Of a DNA stretch of 64,000 nt, positions 38,848 through 49,600 are shown in pieces. Within the stretch, counting starts at the first letter, position 1. Each line of letters starts with the position of its first letter. The position numbers were made by a program, and so were the translations under genes. The notes under the pieces are model-generated. The model saw only the letters and a list, made by a program, of their open reading frames with translations, was not told where the DNA came from and did not search any database. The stretch lies in the IMG/VR virus record IMGVR_UViG_3300020463_001984, positions 1-64,000 of that record; one strand, 5' to 3'. Source of the DNA: a virus.

Positions 38848-39570
38848 ATGGCTAGTTTAAGACAATTTTTATTTGGATATGCTGAAGAGACAACTGTTCC
38901 TCAAGAACTTGCAGTATATAACACTTCAACAACCTCTGTAAATAATGGAGGTAGATGTTGTTTATGGACTGTACCTGCAGGTACTAGTTACGCAATATTT
39001 GAATTATGGGGCGGTGGCGCTTCAGGTGACGGCGGATGTTGTTGCCAAATGGGATACCCATCTACATCAGGATCATACGGACAAAAAGCATTAGACGTAG
39101 AGGCTGGACAACAAATGACAATTTGTGCGGCTGGAACTACTTGTTGTAGACAAAAAGGAAACTGTCAACAAGGTTATGACACTTATGTATGTAGATCAGG
39201 TAACTGGTGTGCAAGAGCCTGTGGCGGTAGAGTTATGCGTACAGAATGTTTCATGTATAGAACTTGTTACTCATGTTGTAGAATGGAATACTGTGTACAC
39301 GGATATTCAGGTATGGACTTTGGTTTAGGTGCTACACAGGCATCTTCACAGTTAAGTCAATACTGTCATGATAGAGGTAATATGTATGTAACACAAAACG
39401 TTGCACAAGGATCACCAAGAAACGGACCTAACGGTTGTTGTGCTTGGGGTGGATCACAAGGCTTTGGACTATTTCCAGGTGGTGGCGGAATGTCAGCACA
39501 GGCATATGGTGAAGTTTGTTGTTGTGGATCACCAGGCGGTGGTGGACTAGTGTACGTGGTGTACTATTAA
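38848..39570 (+). CDS. Cys/Gly-rich adhesin-like protein 3 (240 aa, 23 Cys)
   Basis: Same conserved blocks as protein 1. Confidence 0.7.
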   Translation: MASLRQFLFGYAEETTVPQELAVYNTSTTSVNNGGRCCLWTVPAGTSYAIFELWGGGASGDGGCCCQMGYPSTSGSYGQKALDVEAGQQMTICAAGTTCCRQKGNCQQGYDTYVCRSGNWCARACGGRVMRTECFMYRTCYSCCRMEYCVHGYSGMDFGLGATQASSQLSQYCHDRGNMYVTQNVAQGSPRNGPNGCCAWGGSQGFGLFPGGGGMSAQAYGEVCCCGSPGGGGLVYVVYY

Positions 39571-39585
39571 GGATAGGTTAGAAAT

Positions 39586-40533
39586 ATGGCATTTAAAATT
39601 ATAGAATTTAATTACCCTAAACCAGATGAGTATCTTGGACAGTTCGATAACGAGCAGTTAGAAGGTACACACACTTACGATGGTCCAGAAGATATTTGGG
39701 TGTTTATAGATAAAGAAACAAAAAAATTAGCACCTACGGCATATATGGATTACGATGAAGGTTTAGAATTTAATCCTGCTCCACACTTAGAAAAAGTTTA
39801 TGTTGATTGTGAACAAAATCCAATCATATGTTCATTAATGGAATGTGATTTTGAAGATGAAATGTTAGAGCAAGTAGAAGAAACATTACCAAATGGATCT
39901 AAATACTTAACATATAAAAATCCTCCACCAGAACACACTTACGAAAAGTTTGACATTGAATATGACTTTGATGCAAAAACTTGGAAAAAAGTTGCAAGTT
40001 CAATAGAAGGTGGAATAGCACATTATCCATGGAAACAACCTCATGTGAAATGGACACACGTTAGAAAACATAGAAATTCATTACTAGCAGGAACTGATCA
40101 TAAAGTTAAATCAGATATGCCTGCAGATACAAAAGCATCTTGGGAAACATTTAGAACAACTCTAAGAGATTTACCTGTAGAATATGGTGATAGTTTCAAT
40201 GCAGAAATTACAACAGCAGGTACAGGTTATTCTGTAGATGATGAATTAAGTTTTGCAAAAGCAGATTTAGAAAATAATATAACTGCTGATGCAATGAAAG
40301 TTACTGTTAAAACAATTGGTTCAAGTGGTGAAATTACAGGAATAAGTATTTCATCTAATCAAGCAATAAATGATGGTAACGATATTGTTGTAGGTAGAGA
40401 AGCAAAAGAATATGCAGATGCTACATACACAACTTCAAGCGGTGGAACAGGTGCTAAATTTAAAATAAGCAAGTGCCAACGTTATGCGGCTTGGAAAGTC
40501 CTTTATCCAACTTCCCCTTGTGGAACAATTTAA
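39586..40533 (+). CDS. Tail fibre assembly chaperone-like protein 2, with inserted beta module
   Basis: Paralog of 37401 (GP..IW.F.DK.T, DC...P.ICSL, HTYE, WKQP, RN.LL, LRDLP) plus an ITTAGTGYSVDD insertion. Confidence 0.7.
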   Translation: MAFKIIEFNYPKPDEYLGQFDNEQLEGTHTYDGPEDIWVFIDKETKKLAPTAYMDYDEGLEFNPAPHLEKVYVDCEQNPIICSLMECDFEDEMLEQVEETLPNGSKYLTYKNPPPEHTYEKFDIEYDFDAKTWKKVASSIEGGIAHYPWKQPHVKWTHVRKHRNSLLAGTDHKVKSDMPADTKASWETFRTTLRDLPVEYGDSFNAEITTAGTGYSVDDELSFAKADLENNITADAMKVTVKTIGSSGEITGISISSNQAINDGNDIVVGREAKEYADATYTTSSGGTGAKFKISKCQRYAAWKVLYPTSPCGTI

Positions 40534-40551
40534 CTAGAAAACACTAGATTC

Positions 40552-40575
40552 AAAAGGCGCTACGGCGCCTTTTTT
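40552..40575 (+). terminator. Rho-independent terminator
   Basis: AAAAGGCGC-TACG-GCGCCTTTTTT (UNCG loop). Confidence 0.9.
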
Positions 40576-40592
40576 ATTCTGTAAATATCTGT

Positions 40593-41414
40593 ATGCAAAC
40601 AGATGAACAGAATCAAAGACAACCAGTAAGATTTGCAGGTTTACAAATGCCTGTAACACAACAAATAGAAGAAAATAAACAAACTATTTTGGATAGTTTA
40701 GACTGGTGTAAGGATAATAAAGTAAATTGGTTACTAACACCTGAAGGATCTTTAACAGGATATTTTCCCAACTTTGATTTAGTTGCACCACAAGGTGTAA
40801 CAGGCATACAATCTGCGGCTACAGAGATAGTAGCAAAAGCACAAGGATTAGGCATAGGAATTGCATTAGGCACACTTTGGGTAGACGTCGAACATAGAGG
40901 CGCTATAAGAAAAAATCAAATAAGATATTATGATCCAGAAGGATTATTTTTAGGTACAACAAACAAGCAATACATAGTAGGCGGACAAGATAGTCCTAGT
41001 AGCAGTTGGGACCAAGTATTAGCAGACCCGCCTGGAACAATAAAAACACATTATTGTAATGGTGTCAGAACCACAGGAATGATATGTAATGATTTCTGGG
41101 GTAACGGTTTTAGATTTAATGCACCTTCTTTACCTATGTTAGCAAGTTTAAACCAAGTTGAACTTATCTTACACAGTACTAATGGCGATAGAGGTAACGA
41201 TCAAGACGAAATATGGATGGAATGGCATGATATTCATCTACGTATGATGAGTTTACAATATGGAATTCCTATTATTACAGTTGATAGTTGTTGTGATAAG
41301 TTTGGTAATAGACATGATTTACCTACAAGTAGTCCTAGTGGTGTTGTTATTAACGGCAAATGGGAAGTACAAATGCCAAGAACCGGAACTCAGATGTTCT
41401 ACTGGGATTTCTAA
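40593..41414 (+). CDS. Carbon-nitrogen hydrolase (nitrilase superfamily)
   Basis: Catalytic triad contexts TPEGSLTGY (E), NKQY (K), GMICND (C). Confidence 0.85.
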   Translation: MQTDEQNQRQPVRFAGLQMPVTQQIEENKQTILDSLDWCKDNKVNWLLTPEGSLTGYFPNFDLVAPQGVTGIQSAATEIVAKAQGLGIGIALGTLWVDVEHRGAIRKNQIRYYDPEGLFLGTTNKQYIVGGQDSPSSSWDQVLADPPGTIKTHYCNGVRTTGMICNDFWGNGFRFNAPSLPMLASLNQVELILHSTNGDRGNDQDEIWMEWHDIHLRMMSLQYGIPIITVDSCCDKFGNRHDLPTSSPSGVVINGKWEVQMPRTGTQMFYWDF

Positions 41415-41446
41415 ATAAGTATCTATATCAAAGGAAATATTGAAAC

Positions 41447-42412
41447 ATGACAGATAAAAGAAGCAGTGCAATTTTTATTAATGGCGGAGCAGGTAGAGTA
41501 ATTGCAAGTATTCCGGCATTAGAAAAATTTAAAGAAGAAAACCCAGACGACGAGTTTGTGGTTGTTTGCGAAGGAGGAGTTGATTTTTATAAAGGACATC
41601 CAGATCTTTTTAACAGAACATATGATGTTTGGCATAAAAATTTATTCCAAGACAAATTAAAAGATAGAAATTTAATTACACCTGAACCATATAGAGTATG
41701 GGAATATTATAATCAAAAATGTAATTTACATGAAGCATATGATATTGCAATTAATAATAAGGGTATTAGAGAATTATCAAAGCCTACAATAAAATTATCA
41801 ATGCAAGAACGCATGACTGGTAAGAAACTTGTAGATGAAGTTAAAGCAAAAACAGGTAAAGATAAAATTGTTGTGTTCCAATCCTTTGGTAGAGGAACTA
41901 TTAACGACAATGGTATAATTGGTGACCCATCAGGTAGAAGTTTTGAAGCAGAGAATACTGTCAATCTTGTAAAAAAACTTTCTAAACATTTTGGTGTTAT
42001 CTTTATGAGTGAGATTGCTATTGAATTCCAAAAGCACGGAGTAAAAGAACCTATTGCTATTCCACAAAATATAGAATTAAGATTCTGGCTAGGAATAATT
42101 GAAGAAGCAGATTATTTCTTAGGTTGTGATAGTGTAGGTCAACATATGGCTCATGCTTTAGATAAGCCAGCGACTGTCGTAGTTGGTAGTACATTTAAAG
42201 AAAACATTTCTTACCCTAATAACAAAAAATTTGATGTGTTAGATATGGGCGAGGGTGCAAGAGTCTATAGTCCAATTAGAATAACAATGGACGAATTATC
42301 AGACAGAACCAATGAAGGTATTATGTGGATGAATGATAAGATCGAAGAGGTCATTGTTGAAAGTTGTCTGAAAGGGGCTGGACTAAAGAAAGATGACAAA
42401 AAGAAAAAGTAG
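41447..42412 (+). CDS. GT9-like (heptosyltransferase-fold) glycosyltransferase
   Basis: N-terminal GGAGRVI..IP; C-terminal ADYFLGCDSVGQHMAHALDKPATVVVGST matches the GT9 DS..H.A.A...P motif. Confidence 0.7.
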   Translation: MTDKRSSAIFINGGAGRVIASIPALEKFKEENPDDEFVVVCEGGVDFYKGHPDLFNRTYDVWHKNLFQDKLKDRNLITPEPYRVWEYYNQKCNLHEAYDIAINNKGIRELSKPTIKLSMQERMTGKKLVDEVKAKTGKDKIVVFQSFGRGTINDNGIIGDPSGRSFEAENTVNLVKKLSKHFGVIFMSEIAIEFQKHGVKEPIAIPQNIELRFWLGIIEEADYFLGCDSVGQHMAHALDKPATVVVGSTFKENISYPNNKKFDVLDMGEGARVYSPIRITMDELSDRTNEGIMWMNDKIEEVIVESCLKGAGLKKDDKKKK

Positions 42413-43292
42413 ACTTTTCGTTTTTGGTTGTAGTTTTACAATGTATGCGTGGCCAACGTATGCAGACTTCTTAGGATATGAATTTGATCAGTTTGAGAAC
42501 TGGGGATTTCCTGGTTTAGGTAATCGTGCTATTGCTGAACGTGTAGCCGAGTGTCATATAAAAAATAATTTTACAAAAGACGATACAGTTATTGTACAAT
42601 GGAGTACACATATAAGAAATGACTGGCATACTTTTAAAAGAAGTAATTTACAACGTGGTGATGCAATTAGAAATACAGAAGATATAGGTTGGAAAACTAA
42701 AGGAAGTATTTTTAATTATTTAAACAGAGAAAAATGCTATGATGATAGTTGGATTGATACGTTCTGGGACGAACACAGTTACTTCATGCATGGACAAAAT
42801 AATATTATATTAACACAAGGATTATTAGAAAGTACAAACTGCACTTATAGAATGTTAAGCATAGGTGATATGGAAAAACTAGGAACTGATATGCCAGACT
42901 TTCCTGGGTTTGGAGAAAGTACTCAAGAAGAAACAAATGTGTATAAACAAAAACAAGAATTAGAGATTTATAAAAACATAGATAAGACTAACTGGTTAGA
43001 ACCATTAGGACTATTTGCATGGAAACATAAGCACAGTCAATACAAATTTTATGACCCAAAGACTAACAAAGACTGGGTAGAAATGCATCCTAGTCATTGG
43101 CAACATTACAAATATATGAATGAAATTATCCGTCCAAGTTTGGGTCTTAATCACGAAAATAACGATAAACAAGTTAGTACACTGAATACTTTGAATAAAC
43201 TAAAAGATGAAAATAAAGACCTTTTAAGTTTTGAAAAAGCAATTTTAGAAAATGTAATAGATTATAAGCATATAGGATATATAGGATTTTAA
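42393..43292 (+). CDS. SGNH-hydrolase-like protein
   Basis: LFVFGCSFT, N.G..G.GN..I, C-terminal HP...H. Confidence 0.55.
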   Translation: MTKRKSRLFVFGCSFTMYAWPTYADFLGYEFDQFENWGFPGLGNRAIAERVAECHIKNNFTKDDTVIVQWSTHIRNDWHTFKRSNLQRGDAIRNTEDIGWKTKGSIFNYLNREKCYDDSWIDTFWDEHSYFMHGQNNIILTQGLLESTNCTYRMLSIGDMEKLGTDMPDFPGFGESTQEETNVYKQKQELEIYKNIDKTNWLEPLGLFAWKHKHSQYKFYDPKTNKDWVEMHPSHWQHYKYMNEIIRPSLGLNHENNDKQVSTLNTLNKLKDENKDLLSFEKAILENVIDYKHIGYIGF

Positions 43293-43293
43293 T

Positions 43294-45108
43294 ATGAAAA
43301 AACCAAGTCAATGGATAGCCGCAATAGCCAGAGGACACAATGCAGGTGTATGTTTACTTAAAGATGGTAAGGTAGTATTTTCTATAGAAGAAGAAAGATT
43401 AAGTCGTCACAAGTACGATGGTGGTCCGTATGCTTCAATGATGAAAATATTAGACTATACAGATAAATTAGATTATCTTGTTGTTGCACATACACAAAGT
43501 TTAGAAGCAACAGCAGGCAAAGTAGACTTTACAGGCGATGACGTTTATACAGGACTTGCTCGTAAGATGGGATTGATTGATCGTAATCCTAAACTATTAC
43601 CTAATCATCCGCAAGTAGTTGACCTAAGTTATTTCCATCATAAGTTACACGCGGCCTTAAGTTTTTACAATAGTGGATTTGAAGATGCTGTTGCAGTTAT
43701 TGTTGACGGTGCAGGTACTTTTTTTAGTGCAAACATGAATGGTGATCCTAATCAAAATACAACACTATGGGAAACAGAAACAATTTTTGATTGTGAAATG
43801 CCTGTAGGATTTAAAACATTATATAAGCATTTAGGAACAACAGGTCCTCTATTAGGAGCAGAATATCAAAACTTTAGCGGAGAATTTTTTGCTGAAAAAG
43901 ATAATGTGCCAGAAATTGTAATCAGTGAAACAGCAGGAATTGTAAAAACATATGAAGCAGTAACAGACTATTGCGGGTTTAGTTTTATTGAAGCAGGTAA
44001 GACTATGGGATTATTTCCTTACGGTGAACAACCTAAAGAAGTTCCATCACTGTTTACCAAAGGACAAACACATCCATTAAGTGATAGAAATGTAATAGTA
44101 CCAACTTATCCAAATGGTGCTCTTGTAAACAGAAATTATTTTCACTTTTTAAGAGATAAACAAGATCAAGATGAAGACGTAACAAAATTAAAAAACAGAA
44201 GAGATATGGCTTATGCTGTACAAACTCAAACACAAGAACAAGTTGCTAACTTAATTAGAAAAGCAGTTGCAATGAGTGGAAAGAAAAATGTAGTATTAAG
44301 TGGAGGCTATGGATTAAACTGTGTAGCAAATTATTACTACCTAGAAGAATTAAAAAAAGAAGGAATCAACCTATATGTTGAACCAGTAAGTAATGATGCA
44401 GGTACGGCTATGGGTGCGGCACTATTACATTATAGAACTATATCAAGGGACAGAACTATTAATGAACAAGTAGATACGTTATACAACGGTCCAACATATA
44501 CATATGATGATACACAAATAAAAGAACTTGCGGAAAAATACGAAGCAAAAATAGATGAAGAAATAGAAAATGATTCTATTGTAGAATTATTAGCAAATAA
44601 AAATATTGTTGCTATATTTCAAGGAGGAAGTGAAAACGGACCACGTGCATTAGGCAACAGAAGTTTACTATTTGATCCTTCATTTAAAGACGGAAAAGAT
44701 TATGTTAATAAAGTAAAACGTAGAGAATATTTTAGACCATTTGCAGGTAGTATTTTAGAAGAAGATGTACATGAATGGTTTGATTTACGTGGCATGGAAT
44801 CATCACCAACTATGATGTATGCAGTAAATTGCCAAGAAGGAATAGCAGAAAAAATTCCTAGCATTATACACGTTGACGGAACTTGTAGAATACAAACTGT
44901 TAATGAAAAGCAAAACAAAAATTACTACAATTTAATTAAAGAATTTAAGAAAAAAACCGGTACTCCAATAGTATTCAATACTTCCTTTAATTTAGGTGGA
45001 GATCCACTGGTTGAAACATTGGAAGATGCACTACATACCCTAGCAAAAAGCGACATAGAGTACCTATATTTGCCCGAATATAAGGTATTGTTTACAGTTT
45101 CTAACTAG
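43294..45108 (+). CDS. O-carbamoyltransferase (CmcH/NodU/TobZ family)
   Basis: EEERLSR.K, HH..HA, DGAG, GK.MGL..YG, LSGG..LNCVAN, GPRALGNRS, RE.FRPFA, HVDGTCR.QTV, NTSFN. Confidence 0.93.
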   Translation: MKKPSQWIAAIARGHNAGVCLLKDGKVVFSIEEERLSRHKYDGGPYASMMKILDYTDKLDYLVVAHTQSLEATAGKVDFTGDDVYTGLARKMGLIDRNPKLLPNHPQVVDLSYFHHKLHAALSFYNSGFEDAVAVIVDGAGTFFSANMNGDPNQNTTLWETETIFDCEMPVGFKTLYKHLGTTGPLLGAEYQNFSGEFFAEKDNVPEIVISETAGIVKTYEAVTDYCGFSFIEAGKTMGLFPYGEQPKEVPSLFTKGQTHPLSDRNVIVPTYPNGALVNRNYFHFLRDKQDQDEDVTKLKNRRDMAYAVQTQTQEQVANLIRKAVAMSGKKNVVLSGGYGLNCVANYYYLEELKKEGINLYVEPVSNDAGTAMGAALLHYRTISRDRTINEQVDTLYNGPTYTYDDTQIKELAEKYEAKIDEEIENDSIVELLANKNIVAIFQGGSENGPRALGNRSLLFDPSFKDGKDYVNKVKRREYFRPFAGSILEEDVHEWFDLRGMESSPTMMYAVNCQEGIAEKIPSIIHVDGTCRIQTVNEKQNKNYYNLIKEFKKKTGTPIVFNTSFNLGGDPLVETLEDALHTLAKSDIEYLYLPEYKVLFTVSN

Positions 45109-45146
45109 ACAGCCTTTCCGATAAATACATATATAAAGGGGTATAA

Positions 45147-45566
45147 ATGTTTAGTTTAGACAAGTTTTTTGGCAAGGGCACTAAAGGTACAGTTTTACTT
45201 AAAAATGGTACAAATTTTAGTTATCATGGCCCATGGAAAAAAGTTACACAAAACACTGAAGTAGATAGATTCTTAGTTAATGATTTCTGTGCCGCAGAGT
45301 ACACAATAGTCATTGATTTATCGTCAACTGCTAAAGAAATAATTAAGGCACTTGTTGTAGCAGGACCTAATGATGCAAATGTAACTATATATGGTAGATC
45401 AAACCTTAATCAAGACCTACTGACGTTGACTGCAACTGTAAGTGATTCAACAGTAACACTAATTGCTAACGCACATACATCAGCAGATAGTTCAGAACTA
45501 CGTGGATCTAAGATTATATTTTCAGCAAATTACTATCAAAACCAAAATATACCAGTAGCAGGGTGA
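45147..45566 (+). CDS. Small structural-type protein (139 aa)
   Basis: Late promoter at 45121; beta-rich. Confidence 0.55.
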   Translation: MFSLDKFFGKGTKGTVLLKNGTNFSYHGPWKKVTQNTEVDRFLVNDFCAAEYTIVIDLSSTAKEIIKALVVAGPNDANVTIYGRSNLNQDLLTLTATVSDSTVTLIANAHTSADSSELRGSKIIFSANYYQNQNIPVAG

Positions 45567-45607
45567 AACAGATTCAGATAAATATGAATAGTTGGAGATA
45601 AAATAAC

Positions 45608-46648
45608 ATGGCAGTCACATATAATCCATTTGAATCTGATGCAGGCTTTAAAAGTCCTGGATTCTCTGTAGATACTCAAGGTAATGTTACTTTAAGAAGT
45701 GTAACATATACTCTTGCACAAGAAGAAGCGGCAGTAGATAATCAGTTTGTTGTACGCCAATTAGGTGCTGTTCCTTCAGCAGAATTTACCTTTGATGAAC
45801 AATATGTTTCAGGTACACAGATACTACAAAATAATCCAACTATAACATTGACTAGAGGAACTACATATTCATTTAAATTAATGACTTTGCCTCAATTAAC
45901 TTTTTCAATATTTGAAGCAAGTGAAGATAATCCAGTTGTAAACTTAACTGGTATAGGAAACTGTCGTTACTACAATACAGGTTTATCACATTTAACAGCA
46001 GGAACTCCAGGTACAACAACTACTGGAGAACAAGCACAAGGTAAAAACAATGATGTAACAACACTTAATTTAAGTCCAACTGCTCCTGCTACTTTATATT
46101 ATGGAAACGCAGACGGTAGTGTGTTTGGTACAATTACAACAGTTGATCCAACTATAACTGGTGTAGGTAGTTTCAGTAGTTTGCTTGTAACAGGTGATGT
46201 TACAATGCAAGGACAAGATGCAGATTTAGTATTTTCACCACAGGGTGCATATGGTACAGTTACCATAAATCCAGCAGGTGAAGGTACAATGAGCAACATG
46301 AATGTTAACGCATTGACTATGACTGCAAGTGAAAATGTTACATTTAATGGTGCAAATGCAAATTTATCTTTAACTCCAACAGGCACTGGTGCAATTACTT
46401 TAACAAGTGCGGCAGTAGGTACAATAAACAATATGACCATAGGACAAACTACTCCTAAAGACGGATCATTTGTAAACTTAAATGCCAGTTCTGGGTTAAA
46501 TAACACTGTAATTGGAGATGTGACACCTAAGGATGCTACGTTTACATCAGCAGTTTCACAAGCAACTCCAACCACGGATTTGCAAGTAACTAACAAGAAG
46601 TACGTCGACAGTAAAGCAACCGCACTAGCGATTGCACTAGGAGTATAA
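45608..46648 (+). CDS. Fibre-type structural protein (346 aa)
   Basis: NPTITLTRGTTYSF..AP.TLYY module, IG..TP..G.F repeats, NKKYVD, C-terminal ALAIALGV. Confidence 0.65.
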   Translation: MAVTYNPFESDAGFKSPGFSVDTQGNVTLRSVTYTLAQEEAAVDNQFVVRQLGAVPSAEFTFDEQYVSGTQILQNNPTITLTRGTTYSFKLMTLPQLTFSIFEASEDNPVVNLTGIGNCRYYNTGLSHLTAGTPGTTTTGEQAQGKNNDVTTLNLSPTAPATLYYGNADGSVFGTITTVDPTITGVGSFSSLLVTGDVTMQGQDADLVFSPQGAYGTVTINPAGEGTMSNMNVNALTMTASENVTFNGANANLSLTPTGTGAITLTSAAVGTINNMTIGQTTPKDGSFVNLNASSGLNNTVIGDVTPKDATFTSAVSQATPTTDLQVTNKKYVDSKATALAIALGV

Positions 46649-46654
46649 AAGTAA

Positions 46655-49600
46655 ATGGCAAAGCAAAAGCAAAATGAATATGTATTCCAGACTGGTATTC
46701 CTTTCTCTGAAAGTAGACGTCCTAATGCTTATTGGTTAGTACAAAATAATGTAGAATTTATTAAGGACGAAGTTCGTGCTTATATCAATAATAACATTAC
46801 TAGACAAGCAACACAAAGTCAGTTTACTCCAACAAATGCAACATACGATCCAACAACAGGATTGATGGTTGTTACTGTAGGTACACATAACTTATTACCA
46901 GGTGACCAAGTAATTTTTGCAACAGGGGCAATAACATTTACAACTGCTCAAGATGGAGGTGCAACTCAGTATGCGTATCCAAGAGCAACAGGAGCCGGCA
47001 CAACAACAGGCTGGGATCCATGGTATAATAAGCCAGTTGTAATTACAGCAATAAGTTCTGATTCAATAACTTGCAAAGTAGGAAAGACTGTAAACCAAAC
47101 TGCACATACATACGTAAGTGCAACTGCATTGAGTATATCAAACGCATTTAGAAATTACACAAATGATAGTGATGCAAAATGTGAAAGAGATATGGGTTAC
47201 AACCTTATTGGTGGAGATACAAATAATCCTGTACAAGATCAGCCAGGCGGACTTTTATATGATTTAAGATATAATGGTAATGAGCAAGGAAGATATCTTG
47301 CTTCGACATATTGGGATGGAACAATTCCACAGATTGATGGCGATAGAAATCCAGAAAGAGCGGCAAAACAATTTGCTACTTGGTTAATCCAAACTCACAT
47401 TTTTGGTAATACTGCATATACTACAAAACAAAGTCCAGTAGTTACATCACAAACTATTAATGCTGAATACGTTGCTGAAACAGATGCAGGTACAGTAGTA
47501 GAAAATATTTTAGATAACGTTATTGGTGAGGTAATTTATTATGGTTTAGATAATATGCCTGCACTATCTAACGCACAGGTTTCAAGTGTAAGATTTCCAA
47601 CAAAAGTTACATTAGATAATGTATTATTAATTACAAATACATCAACTAACGAAGTTTTGTTTAACTTTAGTGATCCAACAGCAGGAGGTAGCACAGCATA
47701 CGTTACTAAATCTGTTGAGTTTACACCTTCATTTAGTTACTTTAACAAATTTTTAGAAAACACAGATACCATTACAACTGTTTACTTTGACAAGTCTACA
47801 GAAAATAAAACTTATGTACAAAATGCTAGAACATTAATTACTAATAACAAAGAATTTATTAAAGATGAAGCAGTTGCTTGGGTGCTAGATAAAGTTAACA
47901 CAGCAACAGGCGGATCAACATTTGATGGTTACACATATACTGGTGCATTAATTGAAAGAGATACTGCAACAGAAATAGATGGCTTCCTTCATGATATGCA
48001 ATATGGTGGAAATGAAAAAACTAGATTACAAGCAAGTAAGTTTTGGGATGGTCCTACTCCATTAATTACAGGAACTAGGATACCTGAAAAAGAATTAAAA
48101 GAATTTGTAAGAGACTTAATTAATAATTATATCTTAACTAAATCTGCTTACACAACAAAACAAAGTCCTAGTGTTACTACACAAACATTTAATGGTGCAA
48201 ATGCAGAGTTAGGTGCATCAGATAGAATAACAGAACTTACAACAATTATTACAACAGTAATTGCCGGCGGATTGTCGACATTACCTATATTAGATAAACC
48301 TATTATTAATTCCTTAACTGATAAAATACAAATTTTTGTTGATCAAGGTGATTTAAAAACTAGACCATATGACTTTGGTACAGATGCAATTGAGAGACAA
48401 AGAGTTGCTAACTCTTTATCAATGCTTGATGCTGACTTTGAATACGGCCTACAGCCTACGAAGTGGCAAGCCATTGGAACACAAAGAGGTTATCCTAGTA
48501 TTTACGAAGTACCTGGTACTGATACGCAAGTTACATCAGTTGCCACTGATGCTTCAACAGGAACAAGTGGTGTTGGTCAAAGTTTAATTACAGTTACAAC
48601 AGCATCAGCACACGGGTTTGAACCAGGCGTTCCTATTACAATTAAAGCATTGGCAAATAGTATTGCAGGGGCAAGTAGAGCAGAAGGATCATTTATCGTT
48701 AACACAGTTCCTACTAACTTTACATTTACATATTTTGCAAAAGCAAAAGTTGGTACTGTCAACGGACAAATACTTTCAACTTTTTATACACAATTAAGAA
48801 AAGGTGGATTTTACACTGGTGCATCAATTGGCGGACAAAATGTTGCATTTAGTATTATTTCACAGGGTGCAAGTGGATCATTTATTGCAACACTAGGTAT
48901 TCCAAGCGGATCAGATCAAATAGCATACACAGGAACAGCACCAGAGATTGGTGCTCCATTAGTTGCAGTAGGCGGAGGTATTCCTTTAGGTTCTCAGGTT
49001 ACAGGTACAGAAGGTACAGGTGGCATTGTTACAACTCCAGTTACAACTTCGGACGTTTCATCAGGATCAAATACAATTACAGTACAAAATGTTTCAGGTA
49101 TTGTTAATGGTTTAGGTTTGAATAGAGGTGACGGTTATGCAACTTTCGTAACTAACGTTGTTGGTAATACAGTTACTTTATCAGATGCACTTACGGCTGA
49201 TTTTGTTGGTAACACAGTTCAATATACAGGATTAGCAGGAAGTAATGATTCCTCAATTGGTAATGGTGCAACGTTTGATGTTAGTAGATCAGGTGGAACA
49301 TATTCAGTAACACTTAACGCACCAGGACAAGATTATAGACTAGGTGATAACATTGTTATCAGTGGACAATTAGTAGGTGGTTCAGACACAACAAACGATT
49401 TAAGACTTGTAGTTACATCAGTTGACACAGGTGGTGAATTACAAACATTTGATGACACTGGTAGTGCATTTGACGGTAATGGAACATTTTCAAATTTACC
49501 AGGTGAACTACAAGGTTCAATTGGTACAGGCGGTAACTTTGATATTGTATATACAAACAATGTTTACTCAGTATCAATGGCATCTCCAGATACATCAAGC

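Noticed and set aside
36644-39570. Diversity-generating retroelement or invertible cassette acting on the Cys-rich paralogs
   Set aside because: No reverse transcriptase, recombinase, near-identical TR/VR pair or inverted repeats seen; paralogs are divergent throughout.
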